Positions 1-13,685 of a stretch of 64,000 bases of DNA are shown here, one piece after another; the stretch's first letter is position 1, and each line of letters starts with the position of its first letter. The notes under the pieces are model-generated. The model made no database searches. It saw nothing but the letters and a program-made list of their open reading frames with translations, and was not told where the DNA came from. Made by a program: the position numbers and the translations under genes. This DNA comes from Lepidodermella squamata (taxonomy: Eukaryota; Animalia; Gastrotricha): positions 1,550,001 through 1,614,000 of the forward strand of contig JBLDXI010000001.1 of NCBI GenBank assembly GCA_047495785.1. The letters run 5' to 3'.

Positions 1-698
1 AGCACCCATTATCGGATTGAATCCAAGTTTGAAAGTGTAACTTTTCTAGGCTGTTGACAAATAACTTATAGATATCGTGACTAAGCTTCCTACAAATGGA
101 TAGCCATTCAAGAAACTTCAACTTTGACCCCTGCTTCATTTGGTATGCGCGGAATTCACAACTTCAAAAAAGCATATTTTCATCGCAGTGGGCCGTCAAC
201 TGTCCGCCCCGATTGTTGTTGCTGCGGCTCTTGTCACTGCGTCGACGAAACTAGATTACACCGGGTTAGGGTGCTCCACTTGTCAAACAACGTGACTTCA
301 CAAAATGCTGCGACAGATACCGATACAGAAGTTCATCATCATCATCATCATTTTATTGTTTTCCTTCTGATTGCACCATTTTTTTTTAATTTTATAAAAG
401 AATAACAGTATTTAGGAATGGATTTATAAATGGGCAAAAAGAGGATCGAGCGCAGAAGTAAGGCGACCGTACACAGCATATAAGTATGTTTATTATAGGA
501 TGATGCGCGCAAGGCAAGTTTTATTGTGATTCTCAGAATCTACAATTTATCGAAATGATCACGGGGTATCGAAGAAAAAACAAATCAAGCACAGATTATA
601 TGATTGATTTTCATAGACCGATTTACGATTGCAGCCCGAAGCAGAAAACCGTTGGCTCAAGTTAGTTCGATAATGTTGACCGTTGTTTGGTTGCCGTT

Positions 699-903
699 TC
701 CAATTTCGTTGGTAGAAGTGCGCTCTCAGAGGGCACTTCTACCAGGCGGTTGGCTATCAGGCGGTCAAGATTAAGGCTAAGGTTAGGTTTAGGGTTAGTT
801 TTAGGGTTAGGGGTTAGGGTTAGGGTTAGGTTGGGGGTGGGGTGCCCTCTGAGCCATCTGAGAGGAAGCCCTCTGAGAGCGCAGTTCTACCAACGAAATT
901 GGA
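699..903. mobile_element. MITE-like element with 36-bp terminal inverted repeats enclosing degenerate TTAGGG repeats
   Basis: 699-734 (tccaatttcgttggtagaagtgcgctctcagagggc) matches the reverse complement of 868-903 at 35/36 positions. The interior (771-830) is TTAGGG/TTAGG variants. No clear target-site duplication. Confidence 0.75.
771..830 (+). repeat. Interstitial telomere-like (TTAGGG)n tract
   Basis: ttaaggctaaggttaggtttagggttagttttagggttaggggttagggttagggttagg. Confidence 0.85.
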
Positions 904-1267
904 GGAGGCACAAGGAGGACAGTGAGTTTCGTTCAGTTTGCTGTATTGTCAGGACAACACTCACAAAGCCCTTCTGAGTTTGTTCCTGCTTAACGCCTTC
1001 CCCAGTGGAACTTTATCTATTTTGGCTGCCCATTCGACTTGATTCGGACAAGCTAGTAGACAGTAAGCTTTGCGAAGAGACAGTTCCACACTCAGTGTGG
1101 TGCGAACCGAGAGGTGGAAATTGCGAATTGAAAAATGCTGCGACTTGCAGAAACTTTTTTTCGTTCAAAAATTTACCGCTCAAATGTCATCACATTAAAA
1201 AGTATTATTCATTTCAAAAAATTATTTTATACTAAAAAATATTAAAATTATGTTTTGTAAATTCAGA

Positions 1268-1281
1268 ATTGCCATAGCAAC
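1268..1281. promoter_or_regulatory. RFX X-box upstream of the ciliary gene CFAP47
   Basis: ATTGCCATAGCAAC matches the X-box GTTGCCATAGCAAC at 13/14 positions, about 220 bp upstream of the ATG. RFX control of ciliary genes is established. Confidence 0.7.
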
Positions 1282-1503
1282 GTTGTATACATCGAGGCGG
1301 TTCGGCAATTGTGCTGGGCTCTAATGAGGATTGGCCATCCACTGTATTTCGAAAATAAACCCTCCGCACGCTAATGCTGAAATAGGAGCTTATCCTCTAC
1401 CGAAAAACACGCATTCTCTTCCTGTCTTTTGGTCTTCGAAGTTGAAAATAAATACATACTTATGAGTTGTGCTGTAATCTAGGTTCATTCAACGCTATTC
1501 AGA

Positions 1504-4500
1504 ATGGACCGAACTCGAACAGAAATACCCACATCCGGCGTCTCGGCTCAATTCATTGAAGCCCATGGTGTCCGAATAACACCGGCAAAATTGATATTCG
1601 ATCAATTTGAAGTCAAAGAAACGTATGCGCTCGAAATGAACATCCTAAATATTGCGTCGCACCGCAAGACTGTTCGCTATTATGCTCCTGTTGGCAAGGT
1701 AAACATTCATTTCTTCGCTCAATCATTTGCTATTCAAGCATATTTTTATTTAAATAGGAGTTCAAAGTAAAGGCAAAGACTTTAGAAGATAGCATTTCGT
1801 CTGGTATCAGTCTTCTTGCAACTTTGGAGTTTCGGCCAGCTGATTATGGTACTAAGCGGGATCGTGTTGTCATAACTGTCGATGGAGAGAAAATAGAGGT
1901 TCCAGTCGAATGGTAAATTTTATTCTATACGTCATAGCACATGTTTATCAAAATTTCAAACAGTAACCCGTGTAGACCAGTGTTGGAAGTATCACCAATT
2001 ATTGACTTTGGTGTGCTATGTAGCAACAACAAAATGGTTACGTCTCACCTTGTCATTACAAATACTGGATCAAAACATGGCTCGTTCGAGATAACTTTCG
2101 ATTCTAGTCTACCAGTTAATGTTAACCCGTTGTTCGGAAAAGTCCCGCCGAATTCAAGAACAAAAGTCAAAGTCGAGCTGATAGCTAAACAACAGATTCC
2201 TCGAATCGATTCCAAGATCATGGTTAAACTTGAAGGAATATCTTTACCAGTTCCTGTTACGCTCTCAGGTTCGATTGTAGAGGGAAAGCTACAACTTCTG
2301 AGCACAGACGAGGATAAACAACTGTCATCTGTTCGTTTGGGGGCTGCATATTTCGGGACGGATAGAGCCGTATGCACTGTCCTTTATAACAATAGCCCGG
2401 AGCCCACCGACTTCGTTGTAATTCTGCAAGAGGGAGCACCTGGTCAAGAAGCAGGCAATGACGTCGCTGGCAGCGCTGAAAGTGTACTTATGAAATCTCG
2501 CCGACGATATGACGGAACAGCTGTCGACATAATGAATATCGTATCAACAATACCAAATCAGGGCAGATTGCAGCCTTTTCAAAAAATTCCATTCGTGATA
2601 CGCTTCAGTCCCAATTGGAAATACGCTCCTATTGGTTTTCAGTGTAGCAGCGAGGTACCACCAAGACAAGATTACGCTTTGTACTTGGTTATCGCTCGAG
2701 TTGGTACGGATTTAACCACTTCTCCCGATCTGGACGACCCCGCGAGAGCGACAGCTTTTCACATTGACAGTCGCCTTGAAGTTCCAATATGCGCGTCAGC
2801 ATTGGCTCCTCAGTTAGAGTTGAAGCCTGGTCCAGAAATAAATTTCGGAGATTGTTTGGTATCCAGTCAAATAGTAGTGCCTCTTCAAGTGCGAAACATG
2901 TGCCAAGAATTACCCGCTGCTATTGTCTTCCCGAAAATTGCCCATTTTCGTTGCTCTCCCGATCGTACCAGGTTAGCACCGGGCCAAGAAATAACCGTAG
3001 ATTTGCGGTTTGAACCGAGACATTTTGGCTCCTTCTGCCAACAGCAAGCTGTTGAAATTCTGGGCGAAGTTTTTGATAAAAAAGATCCCTTCTTAATCAT
3101 CTGCGATGTCATTCATCGACAATTTCTCAAGTTGGTCGGAACAAGCAATTCGGTCACTAACAAACCTGTCCCGAAATTTGCTCCCGGCATTACCCCTTTG
3201 ATCACTAATGAAGTTGGTATAAATGGAGATGTAACATGGACTGATGCTCCTGAGTCAAATCTGCTCAGAAAAGCTATAGTTAGCAGCGGAACGGTTGGCA
3301 AAAAAGCCAAACCGAGGGGAAGAAGGAGTGCTGATTCCATCAAAGAATTGGACATTGTCCGCAAAAGTTTACCGGACGGTTCCAAAGTTGCTTTACCAAA
3401 CGATCGTTCCCAGTCTATCGCCCCTTTTAATAGGAAGGAGCGTTTCATCTCGATCTTCACCCGAATCAGTCGCTATAATTACATAGATCCCGACTATGCA
3501 ATGACTGATGTTGAAATGGGTGAAGTAGCAGCTCATCGCCGGTTTTACAAGCGATATATCGATGATATTAAATCGATGAGGCGACAAGTTGCACGTGATA
3601 AAAGAGCGAGCCGTTACGAAAATGAGCCAAATATTGGTCTAGAGCCGAGCTGTGGCATTCATCCGAAGAAACTCACCATCGTCGATATCGAACGCGAGGC
3701 AGACCGACAGAGATCAGAGTATGGAAACAAGGTTACATGGGCTCCTCTGAGTTCCAAGCAGCTAGCTCAAATGGCAATAGAAGCCTCAGGTAAGACTATA
3801 TCTAAAAAGGCCAAAAATATAAAAATTTATATCAACTTCTCATTTTTTAAATTCAGGAATTTCCTCAAATTTACAGAAATTTATTATGTGCTTAAGTGTA
3901 TTGTACTCACATTTTTTTGCATGTATTTCAACTCTTGAGAGGCATTTCGTTCCAAATTGCTACAGCACATTCGATTATAGGAAATTAAAATGAACTCAAA
4001 ACGTGGCCGCCCTAAAACAGTGGATGCCAGTTATCTTCAAAATTGGTATCGCACTTTGGATTTCAGAGAAAAGCGTTGTTCAACAGCGCTTTTATCGACA
4101 CTAGCCCTGAATCGGAAGAAAAATGGAATTAATAGGCCACAGACTACTCCTGCTAAAATAGAAACAGGTGTGAAAAATCACAAAAAGATCACAAAATTTG
4201 CTCGATAAATCACAAGTATTGGAGTTGTTGAATAGAGATTTAATTGCTGACTTGTGAATTTTCAGGAAAGCCTCCTGTTGAAACGATGACACCAGCCCCA
4301 CTGAATTCAGTGCAGAAAGCTGAATGCTCGCGGCGCCTGACCCCTCGCGAGCTGCACCAAGTTACTATCGACCCGGGATCAGTTGAAATTGGCGAAGTAT
4401 GCGTTCGATCCGCTGTCAAGCGCCAACTTTCCGTGCTGAATAACCTGGACCAACACATTTCATTCAAGCTGAAAATTGACTGCCCGGAACTGCGTCAGTC

Positions 4501-7500
4501 AAGCCCTATCCAGGCCGTCGTTCCGCCGCGAAGCCGGGCAGTTATTCCGCTTTGCTTTGAAGCTGACCAACTTGGTCGGTTCCAGCGCTCGTTGGAATAT
4601 ATGATCAACGAAGTGCATCCTGGCCACGTCACCGTAACAGCTGATGTCGTGCCGGTTGAGCTGAAACTCTCGACAAGCCACCTTACTGTCACACCTACAC
4701 CTGGTTTGTCTCCTGAAGCTGGAATTCGAGGTGTTATCACTTTGATTAATAAGCGAAACCGCTGCGCCGAGTTTCAATGGCACCCGGTTTTACAAGATGG
4801 AGTAATTGCATTCTCGATTCGACCAGCTGTTGGAAAGGTCGAAGCGTTCCAAGAATTGGATTGCGAGGTCGTGTTCCACGCGTCATTTTTCGCACCATCC
4901 GAAGCCCAATTCATTTGTCATGTAAAAGATGGCCCCAGGCTGAATTTCGCCTGCTCGGCTAGGCTTGGCCAGTCGAGCTGCGAGTTGATTGAGAAACGAA
5001 TTTTATTCGGAGCTGTCCCTATTCATTTGGTCACGACTAAACGAGCGGTCATTTACAACGGCGGCCCGCATCACGCCTATTTCTGGGTCGAGGAGCCTAA
5101 TCCATTGCCTGGCCTGACGATAACCCCAAATTACGGCGTTATTCCTGTAGGTGGCACTGCCGAGCTTCAAGTCACCGTCCAGCCTACTGGGCAAATGAAA
5201 TTTGACACGAAAACGCTGATTTCCATCCGTGATCACCCAACGTTGGACCTGAGAATCGGCGGTAGCTCCGAACCATCTTCAGTTGATATCGACCTTTCGT
5301 CGTTCAAATTCGCTGGCGGAGTCCCACTTGGCACCTCAGCGACTCTGCCGTTCGTAGTCTCCAACAAATGCACAGTTCGGTCGCAGGTCGTCTTCGATTT
5401 ATCTCGATACCGCGATTTTTCAATCAAAACCAAAGCTGAGCGCATCATACCAGGTGAGTGGTTTGACTCGAGTACCTAATTTTTGAAGCCTATGTAAAAC
5501 CTTGGGAAATATATAGATGCCGATTTCCGTGAGTTTATGTTCACACCTTGCTATATCTTGCGTATATAATCAATCAATTTTTACCCACCTCTTTAAATCA
5601 CGGACTCTTCCCCTTATTAATTGCGCAGAAAATATGATTTATTTCTGCTCAATATCCGAATCAATATCGTCAATAATTAATTTCAAAATTGTACATTGTT
5701 GTCTCGTAATAATCCTATCATTTTGCGGCGGAAATTTCAATTTTTAAAAAATTTCTTCTTATTTGAAAAAAAACAGAGGAAAACACGTACAATTCACTAA
5801 ACCCTGGCAAGTACATGTTGCTCCTGTCAGCAAATGAAAGTACCGAATGCACGCTGATTTTCACGCCGAGTGAAATCGCTAGTTACGATTTTGTGATTCC
5901 GGTCAGTGTCAACGAGACTATGTGTCGACTTCCCCTACCGACTCCTTTGCCGAGGACACCCATCGCAGCCTCACGGCGTCCTTCATCGGTCGTTGTTGAA
6001 CACATTTTGACACCGAAACCAGTTCCAGTCCGGTTGACAACGCCTTGCCGAGTAAATTGCGATTTTTTTCTAAAAAACTAGCCTCCTTAACAATATTTTT
6101 TTCAGCGAGTTACCGTCACTGCGATTCGCCAAACTTTGAAATTATCCTCGACCACAATTGACTTTGTTCTGCCTGTTGGTTACGAACTGAAACGTCGCGA
6201 ATTCATGATTGAAGAGCGCAAAATGTTGACGATAACTAATGTTGGCCCTATCCCGTTAAGGTGGCGAATGGACCTGGCCGCGATTCCCGACACTGGGATC
6301 TTCAAATTTTTCCGCAGTAACGGCGTTCCATTTTTGACGCTTGGCGACTCAGGGACAGGCTTCATTGAAGACTCGCTCGAGCCACAACAATCTCAGGAGA
6401 TTTTAATCATGTTCTGCCCTATTGCGGCAGGCGAATGGAAGTACGACGTGCCGATCTACCTTAACGAGCAAGAGCGACCCTGCCAGTCGTTGCATCTCTA
6501 CGGCTGTGTTCGTCAGCCGAAATTGGCATTCGACCCTGAGGCTATCATCATGGCGCCGGTGCCGCTGCAAACGAGGGCCGAGGCGAAACTCCAGATTTTA
6601 GCTTATGACTACCAACAGCCGACACCAATAAACGTTGACGTGCCGACGATAGAGAGCGAGGCTGGACCTGTTTCGCCGATTACTGTTGTTTTCCCCTCTG
6701 GAAATGTGATTCGGCCAACTGTTGTTGACTCGGATGATGGCTTTAACGAACCAACTTTGCTGTCAGTGATGATTCTCTTCCAATGCGACCGGCCGATAAG
6801 TTTCTCGACGAAATTGGCATTTTACGACGCTGAAGGGCGGCGATTTTCTCTGCCGATTTCGGCAACTGCTGACAACTCCTTAGCAACCAACTACGCTTTC
6901 TTGGCTGCGAATCAAGAGGGAGCTAAAATTGTTTGCGAAGAGGGTAATTTCTTTGAAAAATTAGGTTCGAACAAATTTAACTATGATTTTCTTGCCAGGC
7001 ATGCGGCTGAAAGGTACGAAATCTGCGAGCACTGAAACTGTCAACATGGGAGAGGCGATAATCCTTCGAGTTCCTTCGCACAACTCTCAAGAAGTCACAG
7101 ACCATCGACCCCAGCGGAGTGCAGCGAGCAGTGGTGGCGACTACGGCACAGTCGGGGGTAGGATGAGACCCCCTAGCACGGTGGCCACAACGCCATCGGC
7201 TTTTGACGTGACCATGTCAAGCTACGAACCGTCGAACGATTCCTCGTCTGATTTGACGCGAGACGGGGCTGTCAATCGTAATTTAGCTTCAATGCAGTCG
7301 GAAGGGTCACACTCGAAGCGACCTGATACTATAATGTCGCGAACATTCGGGTCGCTTTTGTTTCCCGAGGAAGACTCTGAGCAAGGGATGTTCCATGCTG
7401 ATGTTCTACTCGCTGTTCAACGCTGGTTTTCCCTTTTCGCCTATCCGATCAAGCCATACCCGGTCAAAGTTCCAACCTCGTTGAGAACTGGCTGTGGCCG

Positions 7501-10500
7501 TGTTGAAGGCATTGTATGGGGTGGCAGCCAACGGACTGGAAACGGGACTCACATGTCCGTAAATTCAGCCGCGGCTAGTTTGAAGAAGGACTACCAAACT
7601 GTGTATCAAATGATTGAGAACTTGTGTGGCCGGCCTATTCCTGGCATGCCTGCTGATATGCCGCTACCGGCTAATCTAGCCGAGCGGGTGAAACAACTTC
7701 ACTGGCAGCATGCGACACTGCTGACCTTCCTTAAAAGTCAGGGCGCGGCTGTTTCTGGGATCAGACCTGAATTTTTGTTGGAACCAGCTGAATTTCGGGC
7801 TTTTCTCGAAATCGCCCATCGACAGGGCCATCCTCTCGCCCCAGCTCTGGGTACATGGGGGTCAGGCCGTACCAGGGAGGAGCGGGATATAGAGGAGGAA
7901 CTTTTCGAAGCTCTATCGAAGCAATCTTGGATGAATGTTTTACTTCAAGTTGTGAAAACCCTCGTTCTATCCCGAGTCACCCCTCGAACTTTGAAGATGC
8001 AGCCGAGACCCGATCGCAATCTCCACATACCAGCCATTAACCCCGACCCGGGCGCTTCGAACTTGTACAGCATCTCTGAGCGAGTTCTGTTAACATGGCT
8101 GAACTTCTACTACGAACAGTATCGCCGGAAATTGTGGGAGAACAGCACGAGAGGCGGTGTCCCTCCGTCAAGATGGGTCGTTAATTTCGACCTTGACCTG
8201 ATTGACGGCCTTGTTTTAGCCGCAGTTGTTGGCGCTTTCGTTCCATTTTTGGTTGACGAGTACCTATCTTACATGTACACTTACCCAGCCACCCCGGAAC
8301 AGTGCCTCCACAACGCCCTGAAACTGATCAGCGCCCTTCGCGCTATTGGGCTGGAATACGATATTCAAGCTATCGAAATCACTGATCCGAACCCAGTTTC
8401 GCTCTTGCTGTTGGTATATGAGCTTTATCAAAAGTTGCCGTTCTACTTGCCGAAGGAAACCGTGGAATTCCGAGGCCTCATGCACTCGGTGTCTACCCGG
8501 CAGATTCGGCTGGTTAACCACAGCGATAAGCCAGTTATTTACCAGGCCTTACTGGTAGGCCGTAATTCGGCTGATTTCCACCTACCAAATGGGAACATGA
8601 TTGCGATTGGGCCCAAGTCTCAATCAACTGTGACAGTCTCGTTCACCCCGCGTTTTCTCGAGCCTGAGGAAGCTGTCCTGGTAGCAGTTGGCCGAAGACA
8701 GCGATCAAATACCGGAACAACCATGGTTTTCACGCTAAAGGGCTTCGTTGACAATATCAAACCATCGGTAAGTCCTTAGGCATTACATCTTGCAAAATTA
8801 TTCATCATTTTTGAAAAATAATAGCAAATTATTGGAAATGCAACGGTTTGTTCTTCATAGCATGAAAATCTTCAGTTTTAGTTTTGTCTATCATTTATTT
8901 ATTTTTGCATGTTTTACGATTCGCCTGACAATTTTTGACTTGAATTCGATTTTTTTGCAGGAGGTCTACAAAATTGAAACACCTTGCTATGAATTGGCTT
9001 CAATGGAAATCAATGTCAGAAACATCAGCGCCAACACGGGTGGAAAGTTCACGGTCAAATTGATTGAATCTCACGGCTCAAACCCGCCGGACAGCGCTAT
9101 GGGCAGCGATTTGTTCCGAGCGATCAAACGAAACCAAAAGCTGCGCAAAAAGAAGCAAGACCACGTGCCGAAGAACGTGAAATCTAAGGTCGACCACGGC
9201 CAGACTAAGAGTAAGGTCCGAACTGAAGATTTGATGCGTGGAATTCGACGGTCATCACTCGCTCGATCTGCTTCGAGTGACCGAAGTGACGGCGAGTCTC
9301 GCGAGGCTGAAATGAACGCAGCTCAGAATGAACAACCGCAACGGTCGTTGAATCAGTTGTTATCGGCTTTTTACACATCGAGCACTCAAATTACCCTGGA
9401 ACCGGCCGGGCAAGCTGTGATCACCCTGCATTTCCTGCCGTTTTCTATCGGCAATTACTACTGTTCGGTTGTTTTGTCGAACGAAGAGATCGGCGATATT
9501 GTCTACGCTGTCAATGCTACTGCGACCCTGCCATTGCCGGATGACTTGTCCAGCTTACCTGCACCTGGTCAGGGCGGGAAAGCGCTGGTCGCCAAAGCTC
9601 AGGGTAGTAATGTTTTGGACTCTCGGGCCTGTCAATGGCTCGCATCTCCTGGCCAAGAATTGAAGGGATCTATTCAAGTCCCATTGACTAACCCAGCCCG
9701 GGAAAGGGCGTTAGTCACGGCTGGTCAACTTCGCCTTAGCCCGACTGAGTACAAGCGCCGCTCAGCTACAAACACCCTGGAATCAGCCACAATCGCCGCT
9801 AATGCTCTAATCACCTTATTAGGCGATAAGGTCAGCTCATCTGAGCTGAATGAATTGCTGTCGACAGCATCGCCGAATAAATTTCACGTCGATAAAACTG
9901 ATTTGGAGCATTTCATTATACCTGATGACGTGCTGGTACCTGGGCACCAGTTCGGGACGAAAACCAGTTCGATCCCCACCCATCTTGACCTACCCATCAC
10001 CTTCGTCGCCCGGACGCCCGGTGTTTACAATTGCGATATCTTACTCGCCTCTTCCACCGACTACCGCCTACTACGCCTTTCTGTCTCCGTCACGCCGCCT
10101 GGCCAACAGGCTGATATTTTGTTCCGAAGCTCCGTCGGCCAGGTTGTCAATCAGTTGATTCCGATATCGAACCCGACCAACTTCCCGTGGTCGCTCAGGG
10201 CTACGATTATCGGCGACGGCTTCAGCGCGCCGGGTCGTCTTCAAGTCGCGGCGCTTCAGGTTGCCAACTTCCCGCTGACTTTCCACCCGACTAAGCCGGG
10301 TGAAAGCGCCGGCGAACTCGTCTTGTCATCAGACGATCCTTCAGTTAACGTCAGGTTCTCATTCCTGGTTAACGGCGTTGGTGAAGACCCACCAGCTCGG
10401 GATGCTGTAGTCATAGATTGCCAAGCTAATCAAGTGTAAGTTGAAACTAAACCAGAATTTGCCCATCTTAATTTTTTATTTCAGGATTGAACATACGGTA

Positions 10501-13297
10501 ACTGTAACGAATCCAACGCCCCGAAAACTGACTTTCAAGGTCTCATGCGACATCGACTGCGTTGTAGGCCCTTCGCTTCTTAGCATTTTGCCGAATCACT
10601 CGAGACCGTACACGTTTTCTTGCCGACCGCTGAGCCGCGGGGTGATAAAAGGAGCGCTGGTTTTCGAGGCGCGATCGGACGTCCTTTTACCCACCTATGA
10701 CAGTGACGGCGATGAAATTCCGGATCCGTATGCTCACGAGGCCATTGACTACGACGGCTTCAGAGTTTGGTTCGACATGAAAATCAGAGTCTCGCCGCCC
10801 CTGCCAGTTCAACACCTTGACATCACCGCATTTTGTCTGGTTTGTTGTAAAATCCTCCTTAAAATCGTGAATTTTATTGTTTTTCAATAACAGCAAAGTT
10901 CAGTGTTGGAAATTGCCATTCGGAACCCTACTACGGAACATTTGAAGTTGACAGCCGCTGTTGAGGGAGATCATCACCTTTCCGGCGTGAGTTCACTCGA
11001 GATCGAGCCGCTCCAAACCGCTGTTTACGAGGTCGTTTATCGCCCGCGACGTGTTGGCCAGTCACGTGGAACCGTCACCTTGTACAGCCCACTTTGCGGC
11101 GAATTCTGGTACGACCTAACCCTGACCAGTGTAACACCCCCGCCAGTCAAACTGCAGTCGATGACTTGCCAACTTGGCCGGTGGACGTCGCAGGTCATTA
11201 CGCTTGAAAACCCAATTTCAGAGTCGATTGCCTTCACTACACGTCTGACGAATACCCTCAATTTCCGAGTCGACGTAGATCCAACGAGGCCACTTATCGT
11301 CAAGCCGAAAAAATCGGTTGATGTCACGTTGACGTTCATACCGTCCGCCCTGGGCATGGGTGAAGAGGGTCAAAACTGCACTCTCTCGTTCAGTTGCCAG
11401 CAATTTGGCGAATTGGTCTACAATGTAGTGGGTGGTGGAACTTTGCCCGAGGTTCAAGAACCTGTTCTACTGATCTCAGAGGTCGGCGCAGCAGCAACAG
11501 TGAACATCCCGTGGAAGAATCCGTTCGATCATCCTGTCAATCTCGATATAACACTGATCGGTAAAATTTTTAAAATTCAGTTAAATAGCTGTAGAATTGA
11601 TTTTGAATGAATCGAATTAAAGAACAAGTACCAGCGAATGAAATCGCTTGTAAGTTTGGTCTCGTCATACACCCGGGAAAAATCACGATCATTTCATTTC
11701 ACGCCCATCTGAAATCACAATCCTTTAATTTATCCTTTCAAGTATATGCAAACATTTGGTTTAATCTCTTTCTCGAATTTTGCAGATCTGGATGAGGAAA
11801 AAGCGCGGATTTATGGGAAAATTCATAGCACTAATAAGGAAGCGGCTAGTCGGCTGGCTGCTTCTGGTGTTATTCCTTCGTCGGAAGATAACAACCGAGC
11901 CGGCGCGGTTTCCACCTCGATGATAGTAGCAGATGGAGCTTTCAGGGTTCTTTCTCGGCCTATCACTGGCGCGTTTGTTTCGCAACGGGGTGCACATTCC
12001 ATCACCGTGGCCTTCACACCAGTCGTTCGACGAGTTCATGAAGCTACGTTGGTTGTGAAGGTGAAGCGAGCTGATGGCCAGCCGTGGAGAATTCCGCCAA
12101 ATGTTTCACCCCACGGAACTAGCGAACTGCAAGATTTGTCATGGCTGTTCCCGCTGAATGGCTTGCCAGACCTTGGCGAACCCGACTGGAGAAAAGCGAC
12201 GATAATTCGAGGAACAGTGGGTATGCCCCTGGCTAGCCGGCTTGAGGCTGCGTTATCTGGTGTCGCCACTGGCCGCGGTCAGCCTGCGACGATGGGGCTG
12301 TGGCTAGAATCAGATCGTAGCGAAAACTTGGCGCTTACTGAGGGTAGCCTAACCGCCGATGAATTCAGCTTCAACCTGCTGTACCCCGACCCTGGATCAA
12401 CAGCGCTACTAAGTCGAATTGTCTCTCTGAAACTAATCAACCAGTTGCAGGATCGGTTGACTGGTTTAGTTGTGCTACGTTTTGAGATTGATTTTATCGC
12501 GGAGAATACTTTCACTCACCGGGCTGAGCTTTTGATCCATTCGTCTGGGGGCGGAATGTGGAAATTCCCGTTAACAATTGCAGCTGATTACCCGCCACCT
12601 ATCGAAACAATTAGTCTGCCAACCTTGGGAAGTGGCCTGGAGTCCGCCGCAACCATCGTTTTGTCAAACGTTTATGAAAAGTATTTTTCATTTATTTGAT
12701 GAGATCTAACACCTAAGAAATTACCTGTTTAGCGACACGATTCCTTTCACGGTCAAATTCGAACCTCTCGATCCCTCGTTTTCTGTTCATCCAGAATCTG
12801 GGTAAGTTGCAGTTAGATTTCGCTGGATTAGGTTATGTTGGATCTTTCATTCAGATTGCTGGGACCCAGTGGAACCATGCAATCCGATGTAAGGCTCACT
12901 GTGAGATTCAGACCAGCTTGCTATGGACGAACGCGTAGGTCGAGGCTTGTTGCCAGGGTAAGATAATTGACGCAAAAATTATATTCATAACGCTTTTACG
13001 TGTTGATCTTAGATTGGTACAAACAAATGCATTGTTTATGAAGTTGAGGGGCTTGGTCCGCAATATGAGCCGCCATCGGGACAAGTCAAGGTCGAATCTT
13101 GGAACCAGATCTATCAAAGCCCATCTACCAATCCAGACTATAATCGCACTCGCATCAATTATATCCTGCAGAACATGACGCTCACTACTACGGGTGTTTC
13201 GAGTCCTATAAAAGGCGCCCGTTTATGCAAAAAGCGGACAAAAAAGCCTTCGTCATCTTTGCCAAAAATTGCTGATGGGAAATCACAACAGTTTTGA
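1504..13297 (+). CDS. CFAP47: Cilia- and flagella-associated protein 47 (ASH/Ig-like repeats plus calponin-homology domain), multi-exon
   Basis: In-frame exons 1504-1698, 1758-1912, 1964-3789, 4266-5453, 5777-6051, 6106-6943, 6999-8767, 8961-10435, 10485-10839, 10894-11560, 11786-12680, 12733-12801, 12855-12957, 13013-13297, all GT-AG. CH-domain motif SERVLLTWLN...RWVVNFDLDLIDGLVLAA and C-terminal TGVSSPIKGA are typical of CFAP47. AATAAA at 13387. Confidence 0.9.
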
Positions 13298-13685
13298 TCA
13301 TCTCATTATTTTAAATTCAACTTAATTTCTGCTAATTTTATTCACATGATTTATCGGCTTGTGATAACAAAATCATTGTTTTTCCCAATAAAGAGTTACC
13401 TGTAGTTTTGAGATGCTTGGTTCCATTCTAAATTTTGATTACCGCAGAAAGGCAGATATCGTCATTTGAAATATGCGAAAACATGACTACGCTGTTGGTT
13501 GGAGGAGATGAAGCTGTCGGCACCGCCGAACAGGGGAAGAGGAAAGGGGCGGAAGAGTTAAAATATCACAATCGAACCAAAAAGAAATAGGTATGTGAGA
13601 ATAAGGAAAGTCGCCCAAGCTTTACAAGTGAATAAGATCAAGAATCAAAGGATAGTCTTGTGTCTTCTTGAATCCTTAACCCTAG

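Noticed and set aside
771-830. True telomere or chromosome end
   Set aside because: The tract is short, degenerate, internal and enclosed by inverted repeats.
124-1235. ORFs 124-405, 687-977 and 1005-1235
   Set aside because: They use non-ATG starts, two are driven by (CAT)n or TTAGGG repeats, and none gives a recognisable product.
2045-13117. Antisense and alternate-frame ORFs over CFAP47 (and likewise over other genes)
   Set aside because: These are shadow ORFs of real coding exons.
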